The notes below the pieces were generated by a model. It saw nothing but the letters and a program-made list of their open reading frames with translations. It was not told the origin of the DNA and searched no databases. A DNA stretch of 64,000 nucleotides from positions 7,124 through 71,123 of IMG/VR virus record IMGVR_UViG_3300021256_000055. The stretch is one strand, 5' to 3'. The translations under genes were made by a program, and so were the position numbers. Origin of the DNA: a virus (Duplodnaviria > Heunggongvirae > Uroviricota > Caudoviricetes). Below are positions 18,716 through 28,601 of this stretch, piece after piece (position 1 is the stretch's first letter; each line of letters opens with the position of its first letter).

Positions 18716-20233
18716 ATGTTAGATTCAGAATTTATGCATTTAGCAAATAAATATGGTGCAAGTTTAACTAGAGATAACGCTAGCGCATATCTTAGAGATG
18801 CTTGCCGTTGTTGTTGGAACCTAGATGATGTAGACGATAAGTTTGGTGAGCTTGAAGCCAGAATTGAGGATTACGTAACTAGATCATTTCCAGATATGGA
18901 GATTGGTAAAAGAGCCCAACTTGAATATGTGCTTACTCAGTGTTTAGCCTTTGAAATTGGACTTATTGATAGGCCTGATGAGCATGATGTTTCATATCCG
19001 GGTGTTGGTATTATTGCTGAATCATTAATGACAGAAGCTAGGAGTGGTACAATGAGTGCAAAGCCAGACTTTGATAATCCTATAAAACCAGTTTGCTCCA
19101 ATCCAGCAACAGGATTTAGTAAATCATTTACTACTATTAGACAGGCAGCAGAATGGGTAATTAATGATGATAATGGTGATGTCCCACATCCATTTGGAAG
19201 TGTTAAAGCTTCAAAATATAGTTCATATCCTTGGGAAAATCTTCCTAAACACGTTCAGAACTCTATTATGAATAATATTCTTAATGCTGCATGTAAAAAA
19301 GAAACACGTGCTGACTTAGAAGATAGATATCGCGATTCTGGATATGGCTTAGTTTGGGAACTTGATGATCCAGCAGAAATTGAATCAGAGGATATTCGTT
19401 TCTCATATGAAGAAGGCCATGGCTCTAAAGAAGATAGAGACCAGATTAAAGCTAAAATAGCTGTGGAAAAAGCTAATAAAGAACAGAAACTTAAAGCCGA
19501 AAAAATTGAATTTGTAAATAAAAATAAAGATTGGGCTATTAGCAAATTAAAGCAATTTACAAATAGTAAGGGAGTATCCTTATTTGATGATGCTGAGTGT
19601 GAACCAAAGTATGGATATCCAGCATTTGGTATTTATGGTTATTTTGGTGGAGACTTTGATAAGAAAATAGAGCTTATCCAGAAAAAAATTGATGATAGGA
19701 TGGCTGCAAAAGGCAAAAAAGCAAAAAGCCTAGTAAAATATTATAATTACTTATATGACGTATCTGATGACCTAGGCATTAAAATTGATAATACAGGGTG
19801 CTTAGTAGAATCAATGAGTGTATTTAGAGGACTACTCAAAGAGGGTACTACTAGGCCAGTTTATAGGCCTTTTAAAGCACCAAGTAATGCTACATTTGAT
19901 TTTTCTGGGTCGGTATCTTTTACAAACTCTGAAGGAAAAACATTAGAGGCAGATTATACAGTACCAGTTACAGTATATTTTACTGAAGACGGTACAGAAT
20001 TTGATGGCTATGACGATGCTGCTCTTAAAGTAATGCCAAAGGCTGGCTCAGAATCTTATTTGTCAGAAATTACTGAAAAGATTAAAGACTTGCTAGATGA
20101 GGACGCAGACTTAGCAACTGATATTTGTATAAAAGGCGATGAAAGCGTTGCTGATATGCATGAGCGCTATGACTGGGCTTATGAGGATGCAGTTGAAGCT
20201 TGGCAAGATGAACAAAGAGATAAAGAAGACTAA
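18716..20233 (+). CDS. Multi-domain hypothetical protein with NUMOD1-like segment; possible internal head protein
   Basis: F.TIRQAA.W...NILNAAC...SGYGLVW resembles a NUMOD1 HTH. L/I-x-E sites (IAES, MTEA, LVES, LKEG); ACTAATT motif and GGGAG SD upstream. Confidence 0.6.
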   Translation: MLDSEFMHLANKYGASLTRDNASAYLRDACRCCWNLDDVDDKFGELEARIEDYVTRSFPDMEIGKRAQLEYVLTQCLAFEIGLIDRPDEHDVSYPGVGIIAESLMTEARSGTMSAKPDFDNPIKPVCSNPATGFSKSFTTIRQAAEWVINDDNGDVPHPFGSVKASKYSSYPWENLPKHVQNSIMNNILNAACKKETRADLEDRYRDSGYGLVWELDDPAEIESEDIRFSYEEGHGSKEDRDQIKAKIAVEKANKEQKLKAEKIEFVNKNKDWAISKLKQFTNSKGVSLFDDAECEPKYGYPAFGIYGYFGGDFDKKIELIQKKIDDRMAAKGKKAKSLVKYYNYLYDVSDDLGIKIDNTGCLVESMSVFRGLLKEGTTRPVYRPFKAPSNATFDFSGSVSFTNSEGKTLEADYTVPVTVYFTEDGTEFDGYDDAALKVMPKAGSESYLSEITEKIKDLLDEDADLATDICIKGDESVADMHERYDWAYEDAVEAWQDEQRDKED

Positions 20234-20256
20234 ATTCTAAAATATTAAAAATACCA

Positions 20257-20282
20257 AAAGGCTGGCTTATCCAGCCTTTTTT
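20257..20282 (+). terminator. Intrinsic terminator
   Basis: AAAAGGCTGG-CTTAT-CCAGCCTTTTTT. Confidence 0.8.
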
Positions 20283-20299
20283 AATTACTAATTTGTATT

Positions 20300-20980
20300 A
20301 TGGATTTATCAAATAAGAAGATTATTTCGATAGGTGGCGGATGCTTTAGTAATATATTATTGACTCGTCTTAATAAACTTACTGGCTATGATATTCGTGT
20401 TCCAGGTCCTATTGATAACCTTCGCTCTCAACATGGGATTTTAGGTTCATTAAAGCTTTTTGATAAGTCACTAGAAGAACAGCTTTTAGGAAAGAATGCA
20501 AAGCCCTATATTTATAAAAAAGCAGATGGTAAAAAACCTTATGATGAATGTGACGAAGAATTCAAATTTGAAGACTTTGTAATAATTCATAATGACTGGT
20601 CAACAGATAAATATAAAGAAGGCCTTAAAAATAGATTTAATAACTTTTATGATTTTTATGAAAAATCTAAAAAAGATGATAACTATCTTTTTATTTATAC
20701 CCTTTGTGAGTTTGATAATAAATCAATAGATGAATTAAATACAATAAAGGAACATCTAAAAAATTTAGGTATACTTGATAAAACAATATTTATTGGAGAA
20801 GAAATTGCGAAGCAACCTGTAGAAAACTTTGAATTGAGTAATCAAGTTAATTGGCCAAACTTTAATTTTGAAAATTGGAAAAAAATTTTTGAAGATAAAT
20901 ATATAGTTATTCCCAATAGTAATTACTATGGTTTAGCAGCTAAAACCTTTTTAGAGATACTAAAAACATTAAAATATTAA
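20300..20980 (+). CDS. DUF1796-like putative papain-like cysteine peptidase
   Basis: N-terminal IISIGGGC, R.PGPID, ...H, ..RF.NF pattern characteristic of the family (recognised by eye). Confidence 0.55.
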   Translation: MDLSNKKIISIGGGCFSNILLTRLNKLTGYDIRVPGPIDNLRSQHGILGSLKLFDKSLEEQLLGKNAKPYIYKKADGKKPYDECDEEFKFEDFVIIHNDWSTDKYKEGLKNRFNNFYDFYEKSKKDDNYLFIYTLCEFDNKSIDELNTIKEHLKNLGILDKTIFIGEEIAKQPVENFELSNQVNWPNFNFENWKKIFEDKYIVIPNSNYYGLAAKTFLEILKTLKY

Positions 20981-20984
20981 AATA

Positions 20985-21012
20985 AAAACTCCAGCTTAAA
21001 ACTGGAGTTTAT
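20985..21012. terminator. Bidirectional terminator
   Basis: AAACTCCAG...CTGGAGTTT between convergent genes. Confidence 0.7.
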
Positions 21013-21015
21013 TTT

Positions 21016-22731
21016 TTAGATTTCATAAATTGATTTATTAGGATAATATGCGCTAAAAGCATTTTCTATTCTAGTAAAATCAGTTTCAGTAGCTCTATCA
21101 CTATCGTTACAGCACATAGAACGGGTTCTCTTATCTGGGTCCGGCTCTAAAATTTGACTTATAATCTTATCTGTCTCAATGCCTACTTGATAATACTGGA
21201 ACTTAAATGTTTCAAATACACCATGCCCGTGGAATAATGCATTCTCTGTCCAAATATATTGATTAAAGTTTTTCTTTTCTCTAAATCTAGAAATAGATGC
21301 AAGAATTTCAGCTTTATTTTTTTCAAAAAATTCTTTATTTAAGGACCTAAACATAGGCTTACCAATATGTTGTAACTCATAAAGGTGCACACCATCAACG
21401 TATTTTTTAAGATACTCAGGCTTATCTTGTGCAGCTAATCTAAGTGAGTTAATAGGAATTTGTGCCCAAACCTGTTCATAGTCACCATCATGCCAAAGCT
21501 TTCTGACATGCAGGTCTGACCTTAACTTATTTTCTTCATTAAAATAAAATTTAGGTTTTAATATATAATTTGGATACATATCATCATTAGAATATATAAA
21601 CTTATCTGAAAGCCCAAAAATATTATGGATAAACATCTCAATAGTACAACTATTAAATGTTGGTAGATATTCTTCTGGAATAATATCTTTATGTTCAACA
21701 ATTCTAACTTTTGTTTGGTCAATCCAACTTGGTACCTGAGTTTTATCTGATACAATCATATGAATTGTACCTATCCAAGGCATCCATTTTTCAATTGCCC
21801 TAAATTTATATTTAAGTAAGTTTTCACATGCTCGGAATCTTGTAGTACCATTTCTAGTTGCATCAATATCTTTACCAGAATACTTACAATACTCTTTAAT
21901 CCAGACATCTTTTGTATTATCTACATATGGGAATACATAGTCAATTTTTTTATCCCTAGCCAAAACGTCTTCAAAAGTTTTAATTACTAAATCTTCAATA
22001 TACTTAAATCTTGTAAGTTTTCTAAATGCTTTAAGTGAATCTTCAAAACTTCTAATAAGACGAATTTTTCTATCAATACTTAAAACTGAATGGGATAATG
22101 AGTTTGCATTTATTGTATAATTATAAAGAATATCATCAATAGATAATATTTTACCCGCAATACAAAAAGCTTTAATATTAAAAATTGTATCTTCGCACAT
22201 ATCACAAGGTGCAAAAGTTATATTATTATCTTTTAATAATGAAGCTTTATATATTTTATCCCAGCAATGTCCAATATCATAGAGTGGGTCTGAGAATACT
22301 TTTCTATCTTCTGGCTTATAAATTCCTGGCTCACCTAAATGCCATACTCTCCAGTTTTCACCATTCTTTACAACATTTATCGCACTTTGAACAATTAATG
22401 CATTATTCTTTTCAGCCTCAGTTATTGCTACTTCAAATCTATTTGGATTTATCCAGTCATCCGAGTCAACAAATCCAATCCATTCGCCTTTAGCAAGGTA
22501 AATTCCTAAATTTCTACTGGCTGCGGGGCCTTCATTATATTTATGAACTACCTTAAAGCGGGGATCAAAAACAGAGTATGCGTTACAAATAGAACCGGAT
22601 TTATCGCTAGAACCATCATTTATTAAAAAACATTCCCAATCCTGAAATGTTTGGGAAGCAATACTATCTAAACATCTTCTTAAAGCTGACTCAGCATTAA
22701 AAACAGGCACAATAATAGACAACTTTGGCAT
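21016..22731 (-). CDS. GT2 glycosyltransferase fused to a Stealth-family hexose-1-phosphate transferase
   Basis: GT2: SIIVPVFN, INDGSSD, NEGPAASRN.G, FVDSDD, ED..FN. Stealth: CR1 IDYVFPYVD, CR2 RAIEKWMPWI...PTFNSCTIE...FIYSNDD, CR3 SRFR, CR4 CCND. Confidence 0.85.
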   Translation of the reverse strand: MPKLSIIVPVFNAESALRRCLDSIASQTFQDWECFLINDGSSDKSGSICNAYSVFDPRFKVVHKYNEGPAASRNLGIYLAKGEWIGFVDSDDWINPNRFEVAITEAEKNNALIVQSAINVVKNGENWRVWHLGEPGIYKPEDRKVFSDPLYDIGHCWDKIYKASLLKDNNITFAPCDMCEDTIFNIKAFCIAGKILSIDDILYNYTINANSLSHSVLSIDRKIRLIRSFEDSLKAFRKLTRFKYIEDLVIKTFEDVLARDKKIDYVFPYVDNTKDVWIKEYCKYSGKDIDATRNGTTRFRACENLLKYKFRAIEKWMPWIGTIHMIVSDKTQVPSWIDQTKVRIVEHKDIIPEEYLPTFNSCTIEMFIHNIFGLSDKFIYSNDDMYPNYILKPKFYFNEENKLRSDLHVRKLWHDGDYEQVWAQIPINSLRLAAQDKPEYLKKYVDGVHLYELQHIGKPMFRSLNKEFFEKNKAEILASISRFREKKNFNQYIWTENALFHGHGVFETFKFQYYQVGIETDKIISQILEPDPDKRTRSMCCNDSDRATETDFTRIENAFSAYYPNKSIYEI

Positions 22732-22748
22732 AATAAAAATTAGTATGC

Positions 22749-23000
22749 CTACGAATTATAGCCAAAATATTGGTCATAAACATGTTTCATTCTTTCTTGA
22801 CATTTACCAACAGTACACTTAGATAATAAATAATGCGCTTTAGCATGTTCTGCTGGTGTTAAATAAACCCAATTCCAAGATTTATTTTTTAAGAGGGGGT
22901 AAAGACTTCTTGGAAAAATATGATGAAGATAGTACAATTCTCCATCTTGTTTAGTACGGTTTTGCTTAAGAATTTCTTGAATAAAAAGAAAATACTCCAT
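22749..23000 (-). CDS. Small HNH endonuclease-like protein (start probably ATG 23000)
   Basis: HHIFPRS...N.V.LT..EH..AH.LL motif. The GTG at 23030 lies inside the terminator hairpin. Confidence 0.65.
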   Translation of the reverse strand: MEYFLFIQEILKQNRTKQDGELYYLHHIFPRSLYPLLKNKSWNWVYLTPAEHAKAHYLLSKCTVGKCQERMKHVYDQYFGYNS

Positions 23001-23007
23001 ATAAAAT

Positions 23008-23032
23008 AAGTGCACTCGAATTGAGTGCACTT
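23008..23032 (-). terminator. Terminator-like hairpin after DHFR
   Basis: AAGTGCACTC-GAATT-GAGTGCACTT. Confidence 0.7.
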
Positions 23033-23037
23033 TATCT

Positions 23038-23940
23038 TTAATTATAATACCTTATAATCTTACCATTTTCATACTCTTCTAGAACTTCTGACTTAGAAAA
23101 CTTATCTAAAAGGCTTTTATTAAACTTAATATTACCTTCGTATTCTTTATCAAAGATAGTAAGAATAAACTCATCTATATAGCCAATAAGCTGCTCATAA
23201 GTTTTAGCGCCACCAATTATATATGCCTCTGACGGATCAAATTCCAGAATTTTTTTATGATTTGCTTCACATTCTTCTTGCGTCTCATTTTCATCTTTCA
23301 CAGATGGCATATGAGCTTCAATATTTTTGATTGCATTATAAACAGTATTCAATGTATCAAAATCATGCTTATTTTTCAGCTGCTCTTCAATATACATTCC
23401 AAATAAGCTTTTATCAACAAATACAAATCGCTTATCAGTATCTTTTACAAGAATATAAGAATATAATTGAGCTAATGAATCTTTAGTCATATCAACTTTT
23501 AACTCGTTTACATTCTCATTATTAGCATTTTCACCTTCGATATGCTCACAAAGGCCCCAATAATAATCCAAAAATGTTTTTAATTCATCCTTATCTGTAA
23601 TAGACTTAGCATTATCAAGATTAGAATAATACTCATATTCCTTACTTCCTGGTGGACATGCAATATAAAGATTAGGATTATTTGGTACAGATTTTTTAGG
23701 CTTTACTGAATAAAATTTATCATTCTTAGATACTCGGCCAATAACTAGGTTCAAACGATTTTTCAATGGTTTATTAAAACCTTTATAAGTATTATAGCCC
23801 ATAATAACAATATGGTTTGTAGTTAACTTCTTAAAGTTAGCCATATCCCATTTTGTATCTACATCACCTTTCCATGGAAGATCAATACCATTACCAATGG
23901 TACCATTTTTATCCATAGCCATAATTGCCTTAAATTTCAC
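23038..23940 (-). CDS. folA: Dihydrofolate reductase with a long internal insertion
   Basis: AMDKNGTIG...LPW...DM..FK.LT...VIMG..TY...PL.NR.N.V, then a long insert, then YIIGGA.TY...EGN..F. Confidence 0.85.
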   Translation of the reverse strand: MKFKAIMAMDKNGTIGNGIDLPWKGDVDTKWDMANFKKLTTNHIVIMGYNTYKGFNKPLKNRLNLVIGRVSKNDKFYSVKPKKSVPNNPNLYIACPPGSKEYEYYSNLDNAKSITDKDELKTFLDYYWGLCEHIEGENANNENVNELKVDMTKDSLAQLYSYILVKDTDKRFVFVDKSLFGMYIEEQLKNKHDFDTLNTVYNAIKNIEAHMPSVKDENETQEECEANHKKILEFDPSEAYIIGGAKTYEQLIGYIDEFILTIFDKEYEGNIKFNKSLLDKFSKSEVLEEYENGKIIRYYN

Positions 23941-24509
23941 TAGTCTTCTCCAAATACAAAATCTTTAACCTCAGCTGCAATATCCCCAATAGAACGTTTA
24001 CCTACTGTGATAATCTTCTTCTGATCAATTGAAGATTCATTAAAGGCCTCAACAAACTTATCAAGTTCTTCCTTTTTCTTATTTATATCCAAAGAAAAAC
24101 TTAATCCATCACCTCGAAGCTTATCCCTTTCAATTACATTTTCTGGAGTATCAGTAAAAAGAATAAGTTTTACTGCATCTCCCGTAGGAATAATTTGTCT
24201 TTCTGATGCAAAGATATAATACCCATCATAATCACGGTACATTGGTGAATATACATATTCTGAAAGATGACACCTATCAAAGATAAATAAATCTTTAGAT
24301 GCCATTGCATATTCTTTCATAAACTTAAAAATAGAATTATATTCACTTACAGAAAAATCTCTAATAAGGTCTCTATCCTTTCCAAAAGCCTTAATATTAG
24401 AATAATGCAAAATATGTGGTACTATATATCTTTTTTGAGCTTCTTTTACAATCTCATTTATCTGAGTTGATTTTCCAAGGGCATCTGCACCCTCGATAAT
24501 TAATACCAT
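23940..24509 (-). CDS. Thymidylate-kinase-like deoxynucleotide monophosphate kinase
   Basis: IIEGADALGKST P-loop and FDR.HLSEYVY..YR motif. Confidence 0.8.
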   Translation of the reverse strand: MVLIIEGADALGKSTQINEIVKEAQKRYIVPHILHYSNIKAFGKDRDLIRDFSVSEYNSIFKFMKEYAMASKDLFIFDRCHLSEYVYSPMYRDYDGYYIFASERQIIPTGDAVKLILFTDTPENVIERDKLRGDGLSFSLDINKKKEELDKFVEAFNESSIDQKKIITVGKRSIGDIAAEVKDFVFGED

Positions 24510-24527
24510 GTATATCTCCTTATTAAG

Positions 24528-24535
24528 ATATTAAC
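24528..24535 (-). promoter_or_regulatory. Representative copy of the GTTAATAT putative second promoter class
   Basis: The same octamer lies upstream of genes at 13758, 14195, 24528, 48110 (minus) and 31738 (plus). Variants occur at 12280 and 27404. Confidence 0.45.
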
Positions 24536-24549
24536 TTTATGATTAAAAA

Positions 24550-25575
24550 CTAATCATGGTTAAATATCCTATTTTTAACAACTTTAGCTTGTGAAGCCTT
24601 TTTAAGTTCTTCAAAAAGCTTTTTCTGTTCATCAGTTAAATTCTCAGGCGTTTCAACAAAAATATAAATATATAATGGACTATTATTTAATCCTTTATTA
24701 GGCAAAGACAATACATAACCTGTAGAAACACCAGCCGGAATTTGTAATTTTACTTTTGTTCCATCAGGACACTCAAAATCTACTTCATCCCCTAGTACTG
24801 CCTGAGCGCAAGATATATTTAATTGACAAGTTAATATATCCCCTTGTGTTCTAAATCTAGAAAAAACTGAATCTTCCTCGGTTACAATAACAGTTATAAT
24901 TAAATCACCATTTACGCCACCTTTACATGGCATACCAAAGCCTTTTATAACTAATCTATTTCCACTCCTAATTCCTTTAGGAATGTTAATTGATATAGTT
25001 TTATTGGTAGTAATTACACCATTACCCTTACATTTTGGGCAGTCTCCCTTATAAGATTTCCCAAGGCCACCGCATTTATTACAGGTCGTTCTTATACTCA
25101 TAAAAGGCGCATGGGAAGATACCCGCCATCCAGTACCATTACATGCTTCACAGGTTTCTATATCCTTTCCGCCATTACCATTACATTCACTACATATCTC
25201 AATATGCTTAACATCTATATCTTTTTTTACGCCTTTTATACAATCAGATAATGGTATAAAAATAGATTGAGTAATATTATTACCTTTTAATATTTTATTA
25301 GTTTGTTCTGTTCTTCTAAATATAAAATCAGCAAAATCCGCAAAGCCATCAGCAAACTTAAATTTATTAAAATCAAAACCATTTGCTGAATTATTTTTTT
25401 CTCCTGTAAGCGCTTCATATGCTTCAGTTATTTCGGTAAACTTGTCAGCAGCAGCTTTATCACCTGGATTTTTATCTGGATGATATTTTATAGCTAGTTT
25501 TCTATAAGCTTTTTTTATTTCTTCAGGAGTAGCATTTTCTGCTACTCCTAATATTTCATAATAATTCTTGAGCAT
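24550..25575 (-). CDS. dnaJ: DnaJ chaperone (class A)
   Basis: J-domain NYYEILGV...[15 protein letters not shown], four CxxCxGxG repeats and a C-terminal domain (GDL, QAVLG, IPAG). Confidence 0.92.
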   Translation of the reverse strand: MLKNYYEILGVAENATPEEIKKAYRKLAIKYHPDKNPGDKAAADKFTEITEAYEALTGEKNNSANGFDFNKFKFADGFADFADFIFRRTEQTNKILKGNNITQSIFIPLSDCIKGVKKDIDVKHIEICSECNGNGGKDIETCEACNGTGWRVSSHAPFMSIRTTCNKCGGLGKSYKGDCPKCKGNGVITTNKTISINIPKGIRSGNRLVIKGFGMPCKGGVNGDLIITVIVTEEDSVFSRFRTQGDILTCQLNISCAQAVLGDEVDFECPDGTKVKLQIPAGVSTGYVLSLPNKGLNNSPLYIYIFVETPENLTDEQKKLFEELKKASQAKVVKNRIFNHD

Positions 25576-25585
25576 TTTTAACTTC

Positions 25586-27379
25586 CTAATTTATTTTAAC
25601 AAGCCTATTTTTAAGGTCTTTACTTAAATTACGAGAAGATTTCTCATTATTAAGAATATCAGAAAAACATCCATCAAGAATATATGTATTTGCCCAGTCA
25701 CCATTAAAACGAACACCACGACCAATACCTTGTGATAATCTTGAACAAACATCAAGAGGATACCAGTCTGGGAATAAACTCATTTTAGCTTTTACTAAGT
25801 TATCTGCTAAAGAAGCATATGGCATTTTCATAAAGATAATAAATCTACATCCATCACCTGGGAAATCAAGGCCTTCAATACAAGAAGGACCAACCAATAT
25901 ACCATTAGATGATATATTATACTTCTTTATTGCCTCTCCACGTTCCTTAGAATTATTATATGGAATCATTCTAAATCTAAGTGCTGGCGGTACACTATTA
26001 AAAAGAGCCTGCGACACCTCATAAGAGCCTGTATGAATAATACCTCTCATATGTTTATTTTCTTCACAGATCTTAACAGCTTCAGCTACTACTCTTGGTA
26101 AAGATGCCGCTTTTTCTCGGTAACTCATACGATAGCGTGTATCATAGTAGATGGGTGACTGACTAAAGTCAAAAGTACTTGGCACTTCCATAGCTGCAAA
26201 AGCAGAATCTGGATAGTTATCTCCACCTATTAAGCTACGATAAGTATCAAAATCTCCAATAGTAGCAGACATTAACAGTTCACAATTTGCTAGTTTATGG
26301 AAAAATTCATAGATTAGCTTATCTTCATAGGCACAATTTAATTTAATACCTGTACCATCTTTATTAAGAGTTTTTACTATAACTCTACTTGTATAAGCTT
26401 GAATCAATGTCAAAAATACTTCAAACTTACCAACTATTTCACTTACAGAATGAATTGCATTTAAGTATTTTAAGCTCTCTTTCTTCTTGGATTCTGGATA
26501 AGTTTTAACCTCAGGCTTAACAATATCTTCACCATAATTTTCAAGTGCCTTTAGCTGGTCATACATATGCCTACAACATACACTGATTCTATCTGGATCA
26601 TCAAATCTTATAATATAATCAATAGTGTCCTGAATTGATTTTACAGATGGAATTGTATCTCCATTATCTGCCGCGAATTCATTAAGCGCAACTACATAAC
26701 TCAAATTATTTTTATCCATTTCTGGAGTAAATTGACTCTGTACCAATGATGGTAAGTTATGCGCTTCATCACATACTACCAAATCTCGTGGATAAAGGTT
26801 TATATCTGGCCCATTAGGCTGAACAGCATAAGTAGATGTAGATTTTACACGAATAAAGTAAAGGGCATATGTAAGCAATGTAACTGGTGCTTTAGCTGCT
26901 TGTACCATATCCGTAATGTATGGACAAGATTTTGCACAGTCGTATCCTATACTAGAAGCTGTATTAGTATCTGCAATTAAAGACATTGGCAGCATGGCCA
27001 ACTTACAACGAGCATTACTAATAGTATATCCATTACGGGAACAAAGATAATTATCCTGTCCTTTCAACATTCCCCATGGTAATTTATATTTTTTAATTGC
27101 ATCTTCATACTGCTTATACAATGATAAATCAGATGCTAATAAATATGATTTCTTTTTATAATATTCCCATAAAACGCCTGCTGCAATAATGCCAATAAAA
27201 GATTTTCCAGAACCTGTTGGAGCTTCTACTACTTGTATTTTTGTGGCATATAATACATTTTTTATAATTGCAACAATTGTTTCAAGCTGATATTTTCTAA
27301 ATTTAAAATTTTGATCAATATAAGTATATGTCCAAGTTTTTGCTTGGTCCATAATATCAGCGTCTCTAACTTCATTCAT
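25586..27379 (-). CDS. DinG/YoaA-family SF2 helicase
   Basis: [46 protein letters not shown] motifs. Confidence 0.88.
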   Translation of the reverse strand: MNEVRDADIMDQAKTWTYTYIDQNFKFRKYQLETIVAIIKNVLYATKIQVVEAPTGSGKSFIGIIAAGVLWEYYKKKSYLLASDLSLYKQYEDAIKKYKLPWGMLKGQDNYLCSRNGYTISNARCKLAMLPMSLIADTNTASSIGYDCAKSCPYITDMVQAAKAPVTLLTYALYFIRVKSTSTYAVQPNGPDINLYPRDLVVCDEAHNLPSLVQSQFTPEMDKNNLSYVVALNEFAADNGDTIPSVKSIQDTIDYIIRFDDPDRISVCCRHMYDQLKALENYGEDIVKPEVKTYPESKKKESLKYLNAIHSVSEIVGKFEVFLTLIQAYTSRVIVKTLNKDGTGIKLNCAYEDKLIYEFFHKLANCELLMSATIGDFDTYRSLIGGDNYPDSAFAAMEVPSTFDFSQSPIYYDTRYRMSYREKAASLPRVVAEAVKICEENKHMRGIIHTGSYEVSQALFNSVPPALRFRMIPYNNSKERGEAIKKYNISSNGILVGPSCIEGLDFPGDGCRFIIFMKMPYASLADNLVKAKMSLFPDWYPLDVCSRLSQGIGRGVRFNGDWANTYILDGCFSDILNNEKSSRNLSKDLKNRLVKIN

Positions 27380-27441
27380 TTTAATTTAACCTCAATGTTA
27401 ATTAAATTAACTTATTTATACTTTATAAGATATAGGCATAA

Positions 27442-27801
27442 TTAAAGTCCTAATTCTGATTTTGTTATACCAAAATATTTTGCAATATCAAGCCAATCAA
27501 TATTTCCATTATTTGGATATGCAGCATCATCTATATAAACATTTGCTATTAATTTTGGACTTCCAGTTGAAGGACCTTTATTATAAGCATCCATTTGAAT
27601 ACCATTTTCTTTAAGAAAATCCTCAGCAGCATATAAATCTTTACCATGTCTACAAGTCCATAAATAACAAAAATATCCTCGTTTCTGAAAAACTTTTATA
27701 ACTTCTGCTGCATATGGCCTTATTTCACCAATATTTGGGTACTCATTACGTTGTGTAATAGTCCCATCAAAATCAATTGCTATTGTCACTTTCTGCTCCA
27801 A
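27442..27801 (-). CDS. HAD-superfamily small phosphatase (BT0820-like)
   Basis: IAIDFDGTI, LWTCR, K..A.VYIDD motifs. Confidence 0.8.
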   Translation of the reverse strand: MEQKVTIAIDFDGTITQRNEYPNIGEIRPYAAEVIKVFQKRGYFCYLWTCRHGKDLYAAEDFLKENGIQMDAYNKGPSTGSPKLIANVYIDDAAYPNNGNIDWLDIAKYFGITKSELGL

Positions 27802-28114
27802 CTGCTTTCTTAACTTTATATTTACTTAAATCAATATCTCTTTCTTTATCTATATATCTTCTAAGCCTTTCACCCTCTAAAGGCTTCATGCCATTAACCT
27901 GAAGCATAGTATTAAAAAAGGTTAAATCTTCTTCCGCAGAATGCATTTTAACTACTTCTAAAAATTGAGAGACATCAGAAAGCATACTCATAGACATTAG
28001 AATTGGTTCCCATACATCTGGTGCTTCCTTTAGTAGAGTGCTCTCAAACTTAGAGGTATCAACAATAAACTTAGAAATTATTTCATTTAATTTAGAAATT
28101 TGTGATGTCTTCAA
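27773..28114 (-). CDS. Hypothetical protein
   Basis: ORF overlapping both neighbours within the operon. Confidence 0.6.
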   Translation of the reverse strand: MKTSQISKLNEIISKFIVDTSKFESTLLKEAPDVWEPILMSMSMLSDVSQFLEVVKMHSAEEDLTFFNTMLQVNGMKPLEGERLRRYIDKERDIDLSKYKVKKAVGAESDNSN

Positions 28115-28469
28115 TTGTAAGATGTCCTTCTTCTAATTCGTAGTTATCTTTCAAAAAATACATATTCATATTGCTAACAATTGCATGTTCAATCTCACGT
28201 TTTGCACCACTACTTGTTTTCCAATTTGGAAGAATAATAACTGTTTTACAAGCATCCATCATTGCAAAATCAATTGCTAAGTATTCCTCAGCGGTAAATC
28301 CGGTTGTATCTTTAAGATGCCACATAATTGCGGGATTCATAACATAATTTTTATTATTTACTAGAATATCTTCTACTCTATTAAAATTATTAAAGATCTC
28401 ATCAATTGTGAGTCCTGTCATTTTACCAGAAATATAAACTTTGTCATTTTTAATATCATTTAATTTCAT
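28092..28469 (-). CDS. DUF4406 / nucleoside 2-deoxyribosyltransferase-like protein
   Basis: KVYISG.MTG, NPA, D..M...C, LP.W..S.GA..E motifs. Confidence 0.8.
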   Translation of the reverse strand: MKLNDIKNDKVYISGKMTGLTIDEIFNNFNRVEDILVNNKNYVMNPAIMWHLKDTTGFTAEEYLAIDFAMMDACKTVIILPNWKTSSGAKREIEHAIVSNMNMYFLKDNYELEEGHLTIEDITNF

Positions 28470-28601
28470 AATTTTATTCTCCTATAATATAATAGCCTAT
28501 TATATTATCTAAAAATATAGAAAACTAAATAATTTTTAAGCTAATTAAAATAAACATCTTATGTTAATTTATAAAATGGAAAAGGAAGAAAAATTAAAAA
28601 C

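Noticed and set aside
23230-23730. Intein or intron in DHFR
   Set aside because: No C-terminal His-Asn followed by Cys/Ser/Thr, no LAGLIDADG motif, and the frame is open throughout.
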